Source: Nitrospirota bacterium
Lineage (GTDB): Bacteria; Nitrospirota; UBA9217
Length of the DNA stretch: 64,000 bases
Assembly (NCBI GenBank): GCA_035623825.1
Contig: DASPSR010000061.1
Location: forward strand, 1-64,000
Reading direction: 5' to 3'
Shown: positions 58,101 through 64,000 of the stretch, one piece after another
Position numbering within the stretch: position 1 is the first letter of the stretch
Layout: the number at the start of each line of letters is the position of its first letter
Notes under the pieces: model-generated
What the model was told of the DNA's origin: nothing
Databases searched by the model: none
What the model saw: only the letters and a program-made list of their open reading frames with translations
Translations under genes and position numbers: made by a program

Positions 58101-59737
58101 CTTCCGATGGGAACCTCAGCCTTGATGTCAGGGGCGACGTGATAGGACAGGTTGTCAATGTTAATGGAGGATATCGCTCTGCGCAGATACTCGTATCGGA
58201 CCTTTCGCCCGATAACTGGTACGGACTCTTCTATGTTAGCGGCAATAATGACTCAGTCGCAGGAGATATCGGTTGGATTGCTAACCGTGACGAAAACAAA
58301 CACGGCATTTACAATCCGATGGGCAAGGGTTCCGTGTCACTTCCCCCGGAGCCGCTGCATCTAGGTGACAGCCAACCTATAGTGATACAAGCGGGCGGAA
58401 ACATCGAGAACCTGAATCTCCTGTTCCCCAAAAAGGCCGAGGTGATAGCTGGCCAGAACATCGAGAATATTACCTACGATGGGCAGAACATCGACCCCAA
58501 GGATGTGTCCATGATCCGGGCCGGAGGAGATATTTCAATGCAATACGTCAAGGCGTCCAGTACTTCGCTGCAAGGCGGTCTGATTGAAGGCGGCCCGGGG
58601 GTCTTCCTTGTCCAGGCTGGCGGCTCAATAAATCTGGGTTCACTATCAGGCGGGATTCAGGAGATCGGCAACGGCGATAATGCCGCTTTAGGGACAGGCA
58701 AGAGCAGCCTTGTTGTTATGGCTGGGTACTCGTTCGACATAGATTCATCCGATATCAGCTCTGTCTTCAACACAGCGGCCGATGTTAGCAATTTCTTTTC
58801 CACGATCCAGAAGGCCGGGGATGACTACGCAAAGCTCCTGTCTGGCGGCAAACTGACAGACGCCGCCACGCTTCTTCAGAACACGAGGAATGCGGACATC
58901 GCCCCCCTTGAGAAAACAGCGAGCGGCAGAGGGGACATCGACATGACCGCATCGCAAATCCTGACATCGAACGCCGCATCCGACATTTTCGTCATCGCTA
59001 ACGGAAACCTGAACCTGGGAACGACCGCGCTGCCGAGCGTTACTTTAGTGAATACGACAACAGGAATAACAACGGCAAACGGCGGCACGATCAACATATT
59101 CGCGGTCAAGGACGTCGATGTTCAGGAATCGCGCGTAATGACCTTCTTTTCGCAGCAGGACGTGGTCGACCCATCGATCTCTTACGGCGACATTACGGTG
59201 TGGAGCGATGATGGAAACATCAATGCGGGCCGGGGGTCGAGAACCGCGGTGAACGCTTCTGCGCCAAAAACAGTGTTTGATACCAGCACGCATGAGTACA
59301 AGACGGTGTTTACTCCACCTGCGGTCGGAAGCGGCATACGGGCCCTGACCTACGGAGAAAACCCGCCCATGCCCGGTAATGTTCATCTCTTCGCTCCAAC
59401 CGGCGTTATTGACGCGGGCGAAGCGGGGATCGCGGGAAGTACGGTCACCCTGGCCGCCCTCAAGGTCACGAACGTCACGAACATCACTTTCTCAGTGGGT
59501 TCCGTCGGCGTGCCGCAGCAATCGGTAGGAACGGCCAATATCGGGTCGTTGTCAGGCACCGGGAACATGACGCAAAACACTCAATTGGCAAACGATGTCT
59601 CCGGCCTCGCCATGGCACAGTCTCAGGCATCGCAGATGATCGAGGATATTGTCACGAAGTGGCTGGATGTAAAGGTCATTGACTTCGTTGAAGACGCGCA
59701 CAATGACCAGAACGATGACGAAAGCAAGAAGAAATAG
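49193..59737 (+). CDS. Giant filamentous-haemagglutinin-family exoprotein (TpsA, PdtA-like) with C-terminal DUF3739, 3514 aa
   Basis: GGAGGGG SD; signal peptide; TPS domain IINWASFNIG...YLINQNGILFG; beta-helix repeats; GNINAGRG...APTGVIDAGEAGI. Confidence 0.93.
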   Translation: MKTGVFHKMLGLLCCASLLFPQYALAGGVNIPGFTGVVTPRSTVAAPAPAPAPVTVNIPGFYGPAVTPPLPAQLPILKNVVQGATVESPLNNQLTIDQTQQQAIINWASFNIGAAASVTFNQQHQSGWVAVNRIWDANPTLIFGKLSADGKIYLINQNGILFGPGSKVNVNGLVASALNIKDNDFLNNVLNFTAMDYQGSILNPVQNNPNYLAAVSNLGEIDTADGGYVFLIAPRVDNYGTINAPAGQLGLIAGTDVNLHASQGTNPAQTYVVIINDSFLTSPKSTDANFGRAVNGDTGKLNADGGVAGMYGNNVDQWGVIRSVTAFKNNKGYVELMAANKITTGADSSIMLPVDNEVDPTTGLPPTISETFDIQPTVFIGGLNGTNAAATQIDLGGKIVAPAGQVTLRAANQVAMESGSGIDVSGVVADLSVAVITAKLNSIELRDDDTQKGGVLQGQNITTPVTAGSTIGNLSQDLLTQDKTAQERLIGGDIRKVAVQNSSTGQSSWSYNSITGNISVNVASGDIIVKQGASLNFAGGEINYVGGLVNSTKLLSGTTIYDISNAPANIQYDQILGNYVKSYARFGMQQSYTGLYYGGASPAMTHETGYSVGGDAGTLSLSATTIVLNGQINGSVNRGTYQNAWTTSASYSSSADYYEALMLSKAEGLETPRAGNLTINASNISVVSETDTQNDITPATTSLLSAKTLNNANLGTLGLTADLTISTAADAALALQPGGSFTAQARLISYEGQITVPGGNINLYTVQNSTSYRDTSGNLNSNYVALPNGLTERIVLGSKSVLDASGQRIDNSQTGTGNAVTTPGFTNGGKIYIEDQTDLGAGVFLQKGAVVNVSGGYSIDQKGKVTGGSAGAVIIQGANIELDGSLQGYALADPKGKLAGGAITLTSLNASVVPATSIPQWYDWSTFDPLSSDSSRSSIPAQMKGMFYLADNEFGDTGFTQITVNSKNDVTIGSPGGVNTNVAPSLIRSKNPVAAQAGLNAKTGEQEVPGNPNLISLDPSLDYMAGQSQFTAAAGVAFSSSSSGTGFTGILSQNSAPTTLSVLNGTMIRTTPGGKIILSSGVPGTTTGSVMMDGKLDSRAGTINVTATGGNLLIGENATILAKGFNTPDPSSTPNGFSVNHQPMNGGNVSLIATANGDQAGTGNLTIASGATIDVSGSDAVMNTVLSGSKTTTYQTAGNPGSVSLSYGGIPVLEGAVVANNANLNGLGGIGGGTLAMTYTYPLNSPGANNMSIGSYIGYFLRGGFDDLTFKSNYTISFDSGDVSYVIPRKLTLDAPNIIGTGNTVTLSAAWIVLKNTSTVSPQPANSTVPAAGNLTLSGGWTDASGMHSGFIDVIGSIQIDGFKDVTLRTDQDITLSQALYNDNFIAGQHGNPGTVNPGMLGTTGDLVLDAARIYPGNYYEYDKNGSKMFPYIYSDYTVQANGKVTLQHTFSNTDAAADPPIYSAGGSLTIISRGLSGSGGIDVEQGVTVAAPLGTINLNAPGNRIYLASGSTLTIAANVASVLYGELDQNNLWLVPDKAKPAPGSGSESFFTQDALSNKGINLNADEVITRQGSKIDVSGGGSVFAYSFQPGVQGSVDPLTESGRYVVFKADTVPMPGTDVYLQGEGGLSAGMYTLLPLDSSHPQNARYAFMPGAYILEVQKGASLPAQGALSQDGYPLVVGYSAIADTSIKSTQPQVYSVRAASEVLTTEGNYVQPVPSVSGNAGNINITGTTMILDGQLKAAAFDGYQGGTISLKASNITVQSESASPLAGILFDFNTPLSKVNSGLMGKLTISSNGITGFHEVDLGDVDQTAKGITNSITVKAGAELDADIISLSARGSASSSITLEGGSKLVAATGDGEINIITPGTLVIGDSGSAATLHAAHAVNITANNVTGMNGSFQSEGGALTLNSSAIFFDDGTRTDPGLHLTQAMWNNFTGFQDFTLVSNSGSNAGIQFLTSVDLTAVNSLTLDASRIANMSPNAITVNLSAPTINFKNSGTSSTSLPDASMGAATFTATAKPINAGGAGTINFGEGDILFDNFKMIAINSQNDLTLLGKGSLSTGNGDLAISAARMITASTSRTVTDTVDNIQTTAITAPDFVIYTGSNYNNDMQSTLGLIPGGAISINGNGNYKQSPAQGGGMLEIWGTSIRTDNGGVIQADGGTIKMVATGGDIALNNTSQILAKGTVDAPGGQVFLQSTSGGIVIDNTSSIDVSAGSQGDAGLINIKAPIGGVTINGNLEGKAQGGAGGSLVIDTYQFDNSDTTKPNTDMANLLNTISASSGGFTERIDLRATTGDIVIGSDVNAHHVKLTADGATSGGNIDVNGNIIADAEGTAGGGIELYAKNNLSINGGIRAVSTVPGSLDPNVLLSSTQGSVSINGKIDVSDSNGNMNGIVYLRALRNANNNDISASLGPQGSIVGQSTVYAEAVDKPVDISSLSPLQTLSQEISATTVFYNNYVNNTSSFGSGIKNFHLLPGIELYSAGDINWNTALDLTDYRFGGEPGVLTIRSAGNLNINASLADAPAYAASGNNFITAAPAGRNSWGFNLVAGADPSSADYMAINTLGTGNLTIADNVIVYTESAPIRFASGGDTVIGTGQAISHANFPSYMITDGMYYNLASFTGSIRGNIGRDLNVYGAIQTATGDIDINVGRDLNLFVGNDSSYAGAGAIRTTGQLSAQAASDPMGSYALDPKPIDPATGQPFQTIMQQDPEGTYWWRYTGGGSITLEVGRQVGKPVNGTWVTADGAGQQTSVSWDYYSQIYVTINNSSSYAYYGLFSADYIYGTAGLATMGGGNLSVRTGGDFLAQAGTFGSGNLAIYSGGDIRGRFLNAMGQGVQGQESQGIGEIHAMGNVGASASPVQIELINSKTNVTAQGEIQVGAVVNPSLASDQIEQYRAQDFVYDSYTPETSISLKAGTDVTLAGRSPYYENPTAAQTYERVLPAHVSVVAGGNLYMLNDFTLASASDGNLSLDVRGDVIGQVVNVNGGYRSAQILVSDLSPDNWYGLFYVSGNNDSVAGDIGWIANRDENKHGIYNPMGKGSVSLPPEPLHLGDSQPIVIQAGGNIENLNLLFPKKAEVIAGQNIENITYDGQNIDPKDVSMIRAGGDISMQYVKASSTSLQGGLIEGGPGVFLVQAGGSINLGSLSGGIQEIGNGDNAALGTGKSSLVVMAGYSFDIDSSDISSVFNTAADVSNFFSTIQKAGDDYAKLLSGGKLTDAATLLQNTRNADIAPLEKTASGRGDIDMTASQILTSNAASDIFVIANGNLNLGTTALPSVTLVNTTTGITTANGGTINIFAVKDVDVQESRVMTFFSQQDVVDPSISYGDITVWSDDGNINAGRGSRTAVNASAPKTVFDTSTHEYKTVFTPPAVGSGIRALTYGENPPMPGNVHLFAPTGVIDAGEAGIAGSTVTLAALKVTNVTNITFSVGSVGVPQQSVGTANIGSLSGTGNMTQNTQLANDVSGLAMAQSQASQMIEDIVTKWLDVKVIDFVEDAHNDQNDDESKKK

Positions 59738-59752
59738 AGGAAACCCGGGCAT

Positions 59753-61570
59753 ATGGACAGGAGATATTTTCTTACATCGATACATCTATTGACAAAAATA
59801 TTCGTACTGGCCGGAGGCTTGGCGTTTTTCATTGGCGTTCTTGCTGTTCCGGACGCGCATGCCTGGTGGGATGGCAAGTGGCAGCAGCGCAAGAAAATAC
59901 AGTTCGATACCTCGGAGAAGGCCGCCGACATCAAGGAGAACCTGGTCGATGTTACCCTGCTTGTACGTCTTCATACGGGAAACTTCACTTTCTCCGGTGC
60001 AAAGGCAGATGGGTCTGACCTGCGGTTCGTGAGCAGCGACGACAAGACTCCTCTGAAGTTTCACATCGAAAAGTTCGATCCCTCGGAAGAGATGGCATTG
60101 ATCTGGGTCAAGGTTCCCAGTGTATCCGCGAGCTCAGCCCAGAATTCGATCTGGATGTATTATGGCAATTCTTCCGCCCCGGACGGACAGGATAAGGGCG
60201 GCACCTTCGATATGAACTATGTGGCCGTCTATCACCTGGCGGAGAAGGACGGCAATCCGCGGGATGCGACCGCTTACGCCAACAATGTAGCAGGCTTTAC
60301 CGGCAAGCTGGGGATCCCCTCAGTTCTAGGAAACGGCGCGCAGTTCGACGGAACCACTGGCGGTCAGATGACAATTGCCAGATCACCATCGCTCACCTTC
60401 ACCAAGGGCTTTACCTTTTCATCCTGGGTCCGTATGAACCAGCCCTCGGGCAGCTCACAGCTGTTTTCCTGGGATGACGGAATCCAGTCGATCGTGATCG
60501 GCATCGACAACGGGAATGCATACTGCAGTCTGGGGTACGGTAAAGGACCGGTGACCGAGACGCCGAAAACGGTTGCCTTGATTCCGAATCACTGGCAGCA
60601 CCTCGCCGTCGTTGTGGACTCTGAAAAGCGGATCACAGTGTATCTGGATGGCAAGGAAGCTTCGGCAAGCGTTCTGAACAGGGCCATTCCAGCGCCATCT
60701 TCGGACATCATCCTCGGTGGAGCTGCAAAAGGGGGGAATGCGTTCATCGGTGACCTCGATGAAGTGCAGTTGTCGAATAGCGTCAGGACTGCCGGCTGGA
60801 TCAAGGCCGAGTTCCAGAGCCAGGGACCGGACGGAGTGCTGACGTCCTATCTAGAAGAAGAAACCGGAGGTGGCGGCGGCGAATCATTTACCATCCACAT
60901 GATGAAAGTGATCATGAGAACCATCACCCTTGATGGATGGCTGATCATCGGGGTGCTGGTGATCATGGGTTTTGGCTCCCTATATATATTTCGGCAGAAG
61001 GTCGCGATGCTAAACCGCGCCAAAAAGGTCAATCAGACCTTTTCCCAGTCCTTCAGAGATCTGGATCATCCATTTTCCCTAATTGATAAAGAACAACACT
61101 TCCATGGATCGCCTATCTACCGAGTCTACCGGGCCGGGTGCGAGGAATTGAAGAGTTCTTCTGCCGGCAACAAGGCAAAACCCTTCGAATTAGGAAAGGG
61201 GCTGCCCGAGAAGGTCATGAACGGTTTCAAGGCTGCCGTCGAAATAGAGGCCATGTATGAAAGTAGAAAACTGTCCGCGGGCATGGTCATTATGAACATG
61301 AGTGTCGCCGGCGGTCCCTTCTTGGGGCTGCTTGGCACGGTCTGGGGCGTCATGAATACCTTTGCGGGACTTGCAGAGAGCGGTGAAGCTAACCTGGCCG
61401 CCATCGCGCCGGGCGTCGCCTCGGCCCTCTCCTGCACGCTGGCAGGGCTACTGGTCGCTATTCCTTCATTGTTCGCCAGTAGCTACGTCACGAGCCGCAT
61501 CAAAGACATGAATGCCGATGTGAACGTCTTCATCGAAAGGTTCATTCTCATGCTGGAAGGGGAAAAATGA
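59753..61570 (+). CDS. exbB: DUF2341 + LamG + MotA/TolQ/ExbB fusion
   Basis: WWDGKWQQRKKI, DGSDLRF, WQHLAV and GDLDEVQ (LamG); GPFLGLLGTVWGVM and IAPGVASAL. Confidence 0.9.
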   Translation: MDRRYFLTSIHLLTKIFVLAGGLAFFIGVLAVPDAHAWWDGKWQQRKKIQFDTSEKAADIKENLVDVTLLVRLHTGNFTFSGAKADGSDLRFVSSDDKTPLKFHIEKFDPSEEMALIWVKVPSVSASSAQNSIWMYYGNSSAPDGQDKGGTFDMNYVAVYHLAEKDGNPRDATAYANNVAGFTGKLGIPSVLGNGAQFDGTTGGQMTIARSPSLTFTKGFTFSSWVRMNQPSGSSQLFSWDDGIQSIVIGIDNGNAYCSLGYGKGPVTETPKTVALIPNHWQHLAVVVDSEKRITVYLDGKEASASVLNRAIPAPSSDIILGGAAKGGNAFIGDLDEVQLSNSVRTAGWIKAEFQSQGPDGVLTSYLEEETGGGGGESFTIHMMKVIMRTITLDGWLIIGVLVIMGFGSLYIFRQKVAMLNRAKKVNQTFSQSFRDLDHPFSLIDKEQHFHGSPIYRVYRAGCEELKSSSAGNKAKPFELGKGLPEKVMNGFKAAVEIEAMYESRKLSAGMVIMNMSVAGGPFLGLLGTVWGVMNTFAGLAESGEANLAAIAPGVASALSCTLAGLLVAIPSLFASSYVTSRIKDMNADVNVFIERFILMLEGEK

Positions 61571-61571
61571 G

Positions 61572-61988
61572 ATGCGCCGCGGGATAAACCCTTATGATGA
61601 TCATGAAATTTACGACGAGATCAATGTGGTCCCCATGCTGGACCTGGCCTGGAACCTCCTTCTGGTGTTCATGATCGTCGTGACGGCGTCCGTACAGGGT
61701 ATCAGCGTCGATCTTCCCAAAGCGAGTGCGGCTGCGGGAAAGGTCAAATCCACGACGAGGGCGATCACCATCACCGCGGATGGGACCATCTATCTTGACA
61801 GTTTTCCCATGACTTTGGAAGAACTGGAGATCAGGCTCCGTCAGTATAAAGGCATGGACCCCAATTTCCCGGTGGTCATCCGGGGCGATAAGAAGATCTC
61901 CTATGAGAAAGTCATTGATGTGCTGGACCTTCTGCAGCGCTTGGAGATTACACAGCTTGGCCTGGTGACTCAGAAGCTCGTGAAGTGA
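61572..61988 (+). CDS. exbD: ExbD/TolR biopolymer transport protein
   Basis: EINVVPMLD, VDLPKA and VVIRGDK motifs. Confidence 0.92.
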   Translation: MRRGINPYDDHEIYDEINVVPMLDLAWNLLLVFMIVVTASVQGISVDLPKASAAAGKVKSTTRAITITADGTIYLDSFPMTLEELEIRLRQYKGMDPNFPVVIRGDKKISYEKVIDVLDLLQRLEITQLGLVTQKLVK

Positions 61989-62164
61989 GATCTGATACAG
62001 GATGCAAATTACAAATAAGTCACTGATTTCAACAGTAATTAAACACCATGACTTTTGGGGTCATTCTTTTGAAATTTATCTAGGATTTGAGATTTACAGA
62101 TTGTGTTTTCTGTTGCCGATCTTATTTTATCGGGAATATATAGTTTGTGATTTGAGCAAGACAG

Positions 62165-62866
62165 ATGCAGGAAAATCAAGAAAAACAGCCGATTTCCTGG
62201 CTCCTTATCGCTGTGTTCATCATTCTGGCGGGAGTGGGCGCCTATATCGTTAAAACGGTTCTCTCAGGGACGGAGCTGAAAAAGAAGGACACAACCACCA
62301 CTGTCACCTTGCTAAAGCCGCCACCGCCGATGATCAAGGAAAAGCCTCCTGAACCTGAGCCGATCAAGGAGATCCCGAAGAGGGAAGAGATCATCAATCA
62401 GGAAGTGAACAAGGAGCAGGGCCCCGAGAACGACATCAAGGACAGCACGCCTGCGGGGGACAACCTAGGCGTTGATGCCGAGGGTACAGCAGGCAGCGAT
62501 AGCTTCGGCTTGGTCGGGAAAAAAGGGGGCAGAAGCCTCATTGCCGGAGGCGGACCGGGCATTGGAACGGGCTCTCTTCTGACAAAGTTCGCCGGCTATA
62601 CCCAGATCGTGACGGTGGAACTCAGAAAAAAGGTCATGAAGCTCCTTGATGAAGAAGGCGGAATCCCCAAGGGCAAGTTTCAAGCCGTCGTCAGGGTGAG
62701 CATTGACACGAACGGCAAGGTTACTGACTACCGGATCATCGGTTCATCGGGAAACAACAAAATGGATGATGCGGTAAATCGGTCACTGCGCACATTCCGA
62801 ATCAGTGAGCCACCACCGGATGGCATGCCGCGGACGATGGATATCAAGATCATCTCTCAGGGCTGA
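62165..62866 (+). CDS. TonB/TolA-like energy transducer
   Basis: N-terminal TM, PPPP/PEPEP linker, C-terminal IIGSSGNNKMDDAV...PPPDGMP. Confidence 0.85.
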   Translation: MQENQEKQPISWLLIAVFIILAGVGAYIVKTVLSGTELKKKDTTTTVTLLKPPPPMIKEKPPEPEPIKEIPKREEIINQEVNKEQGPENDIKDSTPAGDNLGVDAEGTAGSDSFGLVGKKGGRSLIAGGGPGIGTGSLLTKFAGYTQIVTVELRKKVMKLLDEEGGIPKGKFQAVVRVSIDTNGKVTDYRIIGSSGNNKMDDAVNRSLRTFRISEPPPDGMPRTMDIKIISQG

Positions 62867-63007
62867 TGCAGCGGACAGGGAATCACAAAAACTTTCTTGG
62901 ACGTGGATAAATCGGCTCAATGCGGATGATGAAAAAAGAAAACTAGCGACTGCTGCTTTTGTGATGAAGGCCTGAATACTATCACATGAAAGGAATCAGG
63001 AATATAT

Positions 63008-64000
63008 ATGAGAGAGATCAACCGGCTTCTGGCGTCTGCATCTCAGGAGTTGATGGGGAAAAGTTTCACCGTCCGCATTGCGGTACTCCTGGTGCTTGTC
63101 ACTATCGGCTGTGCGCATCCCAAGCCGACGACAATCACGCATGAGAGCACTCCGTCCCAGAGCGAGGCCGCCATGGCACCTCTGAAGTCACGCAAGGGGT
63201 CTGTCGATCAGACGAAGGGAACGGCCCCAGCTCAGGAGTCACATGCTGCTACGGAGGCACATCAGCCCGAGGCAGCTGCCCCCGCGCTTGTTCAGTCCGT
63301 AACACCGAGCACGGAAGGGACAGGGACTGCATCCATTGAGAAATCACGGGCTGACCAGGAGGCGCATGAGAAGGAGTTGATCGAGCAGATCACCGCTCAA
63401 GTGACTGCGGATGTCAGCAAGAAGGTTGAGGAGCAAGTAAGAAGCGAGGTCATGAATGAAATGTACCGGGAGATCTGGAAAGTCAACCAGGCAATGAAGG
63501 AGAAGGACGAGCGGCTCCGCTTCGGCGGCGACATCAGGCTGCGGTATGAGGCAGATTATTTTAATTCGAGCAACGCCATCCTGTTTCAGCCTTCCAATCC
63601 GTCTCAGCAAATGAATACGCAGAACAACACATCCCGCTTCAAGTACAGGGTCCGTTTTGGGGCAGAGGCAAAGGTGAATGATCAGGTGGAAGCGGTCGTT
63701 AGATTGTCCACAGGGACCACGACAAATCCCGTGACGGAAAACAACACCATGGGCACTTATATGAATAAGGGCAGTGTCGTGTTCGATCTTGCCTATATCA
63801 AGTGGCAGCCATGGAAGGCCCTTACCCTCTACGGCGGCCGCATGCCAAATCCGTTTCTGCATTCCGACCTGGTATGGGCCCCGGATCTGAACTTCGATGG
63901 GTTTGTCGCGAAAATGAAGAGCCCGGCTACGGAATCCTGGGCCCCCTTTTTGACAGTCGGGGCATTTCCCCTGCAGCAATATGACTTTAGCGCGCACAAC
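63008..64000 (+). CDS. Putative outer-membrane porin (Porin_5 / PA0696-like), truncated by the window end
   Basis: Not in the ORF track. Open frame from ATG 63008 or 63053: ...VLLVLVTIGC...FGGDIRLRYE...RLSTG...DLAYI...GRMPNPF...DLVWAPDLNFDG. Confidence 0.85.
   Translation, partial: MREINRLLASASQELMGKSFTVRIAVLLVLVTIGCAHPKPTTITHESTPSQSEAAMAPLKSRKGSVDQTKGTAPAQESHAATEAHQPEAAAPALVQSVTPSTEGTGTASIEKSRADQEAHEKELIEQITAQVTADVSKKVEEQVRSEVMNEMYREIWKVNQAMKEKDERLRFGGDIRLRYEADYFNSSNAILFQPSNPSQQMNTQNNTSRFKYRVRFGAEAKVNDQVEAVVRLSTGTTTNPVTENNTMGTYMNKGSVVFDLAYIKWQPWKALTLYGGRMPNPFLHSDLVWAPDLNFDGFVAKMKSPATESWAPFLTVGAFPLQQYDFSAHN

Noticed and set aside
1-64000. CRISPR array, tRNA, rRNA or prophage genes
   Set aside because: No regularly spaced identical repeats, cloverleaf or rRNA signatures, or phage hallmark proteins were seen.

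Overview
Bacterial chromosomal window of an anaerobe. Gene content suggests Nitrospirota or Desulfobacterota; this is an inference. I see no rRNA, tRNA, CRISPR array or intact mobile element. Left to right: (1) a phosphorus-free lipid remodelling block (flippase-like protein, OlsF-type acyltransferase fusion, GT21 glycosyltransferase, PHP hydrolase, GH1); (2) a tungsten-AOR module with a UGA-recoded DsbA/FrnE selenoprotein missed by the ORF track; (3) assorted small genes; (4) a ferrosome-like cluster (DUF5132, HMA2 proteins, a 22-aa-repeat protein) built around a P2-type ATPase and a MetK paralog whose methionine-binding residues are replaced, bracketed by paralogous InsA-like Zn-finger and DUF3562-like genes; (5) phoB-phoR; (6) an S53 protease / exosortase H / STT3-like operon; (7) a large surface/secretion locus (VPLPA-CTERM protein, Cys-rich PstS-like protein, FKBP, TpsB, 3514-aa TpsA, DUF2341-ExbB, ExbD, TonB-like protein, porin) resembling the Pseudomonas pdtAB-exbB2D2-tonB4 cluster. 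Two non-coding signals tie the window together. First, ten arrays of TGTAACA-like heptamers with 11-bp period (Pho-box architecture), seven followed after exactly 9 nt by a TAnnnT -10 element. Second, an RNA motif I do not recognise (AGGGTMCTTNGCTG-hairpin-CRGRAAGCCC), present three times in leaders of the surface locus, whose 3' strand is also the 5' arm of a competing hairpin; in copy 1 that hairpin is an intrinsic terminator. This is a candidate antitermination switch, lying next to a c-di-GMP-I riboswitch. All calls were made by eye; no database searches were run.
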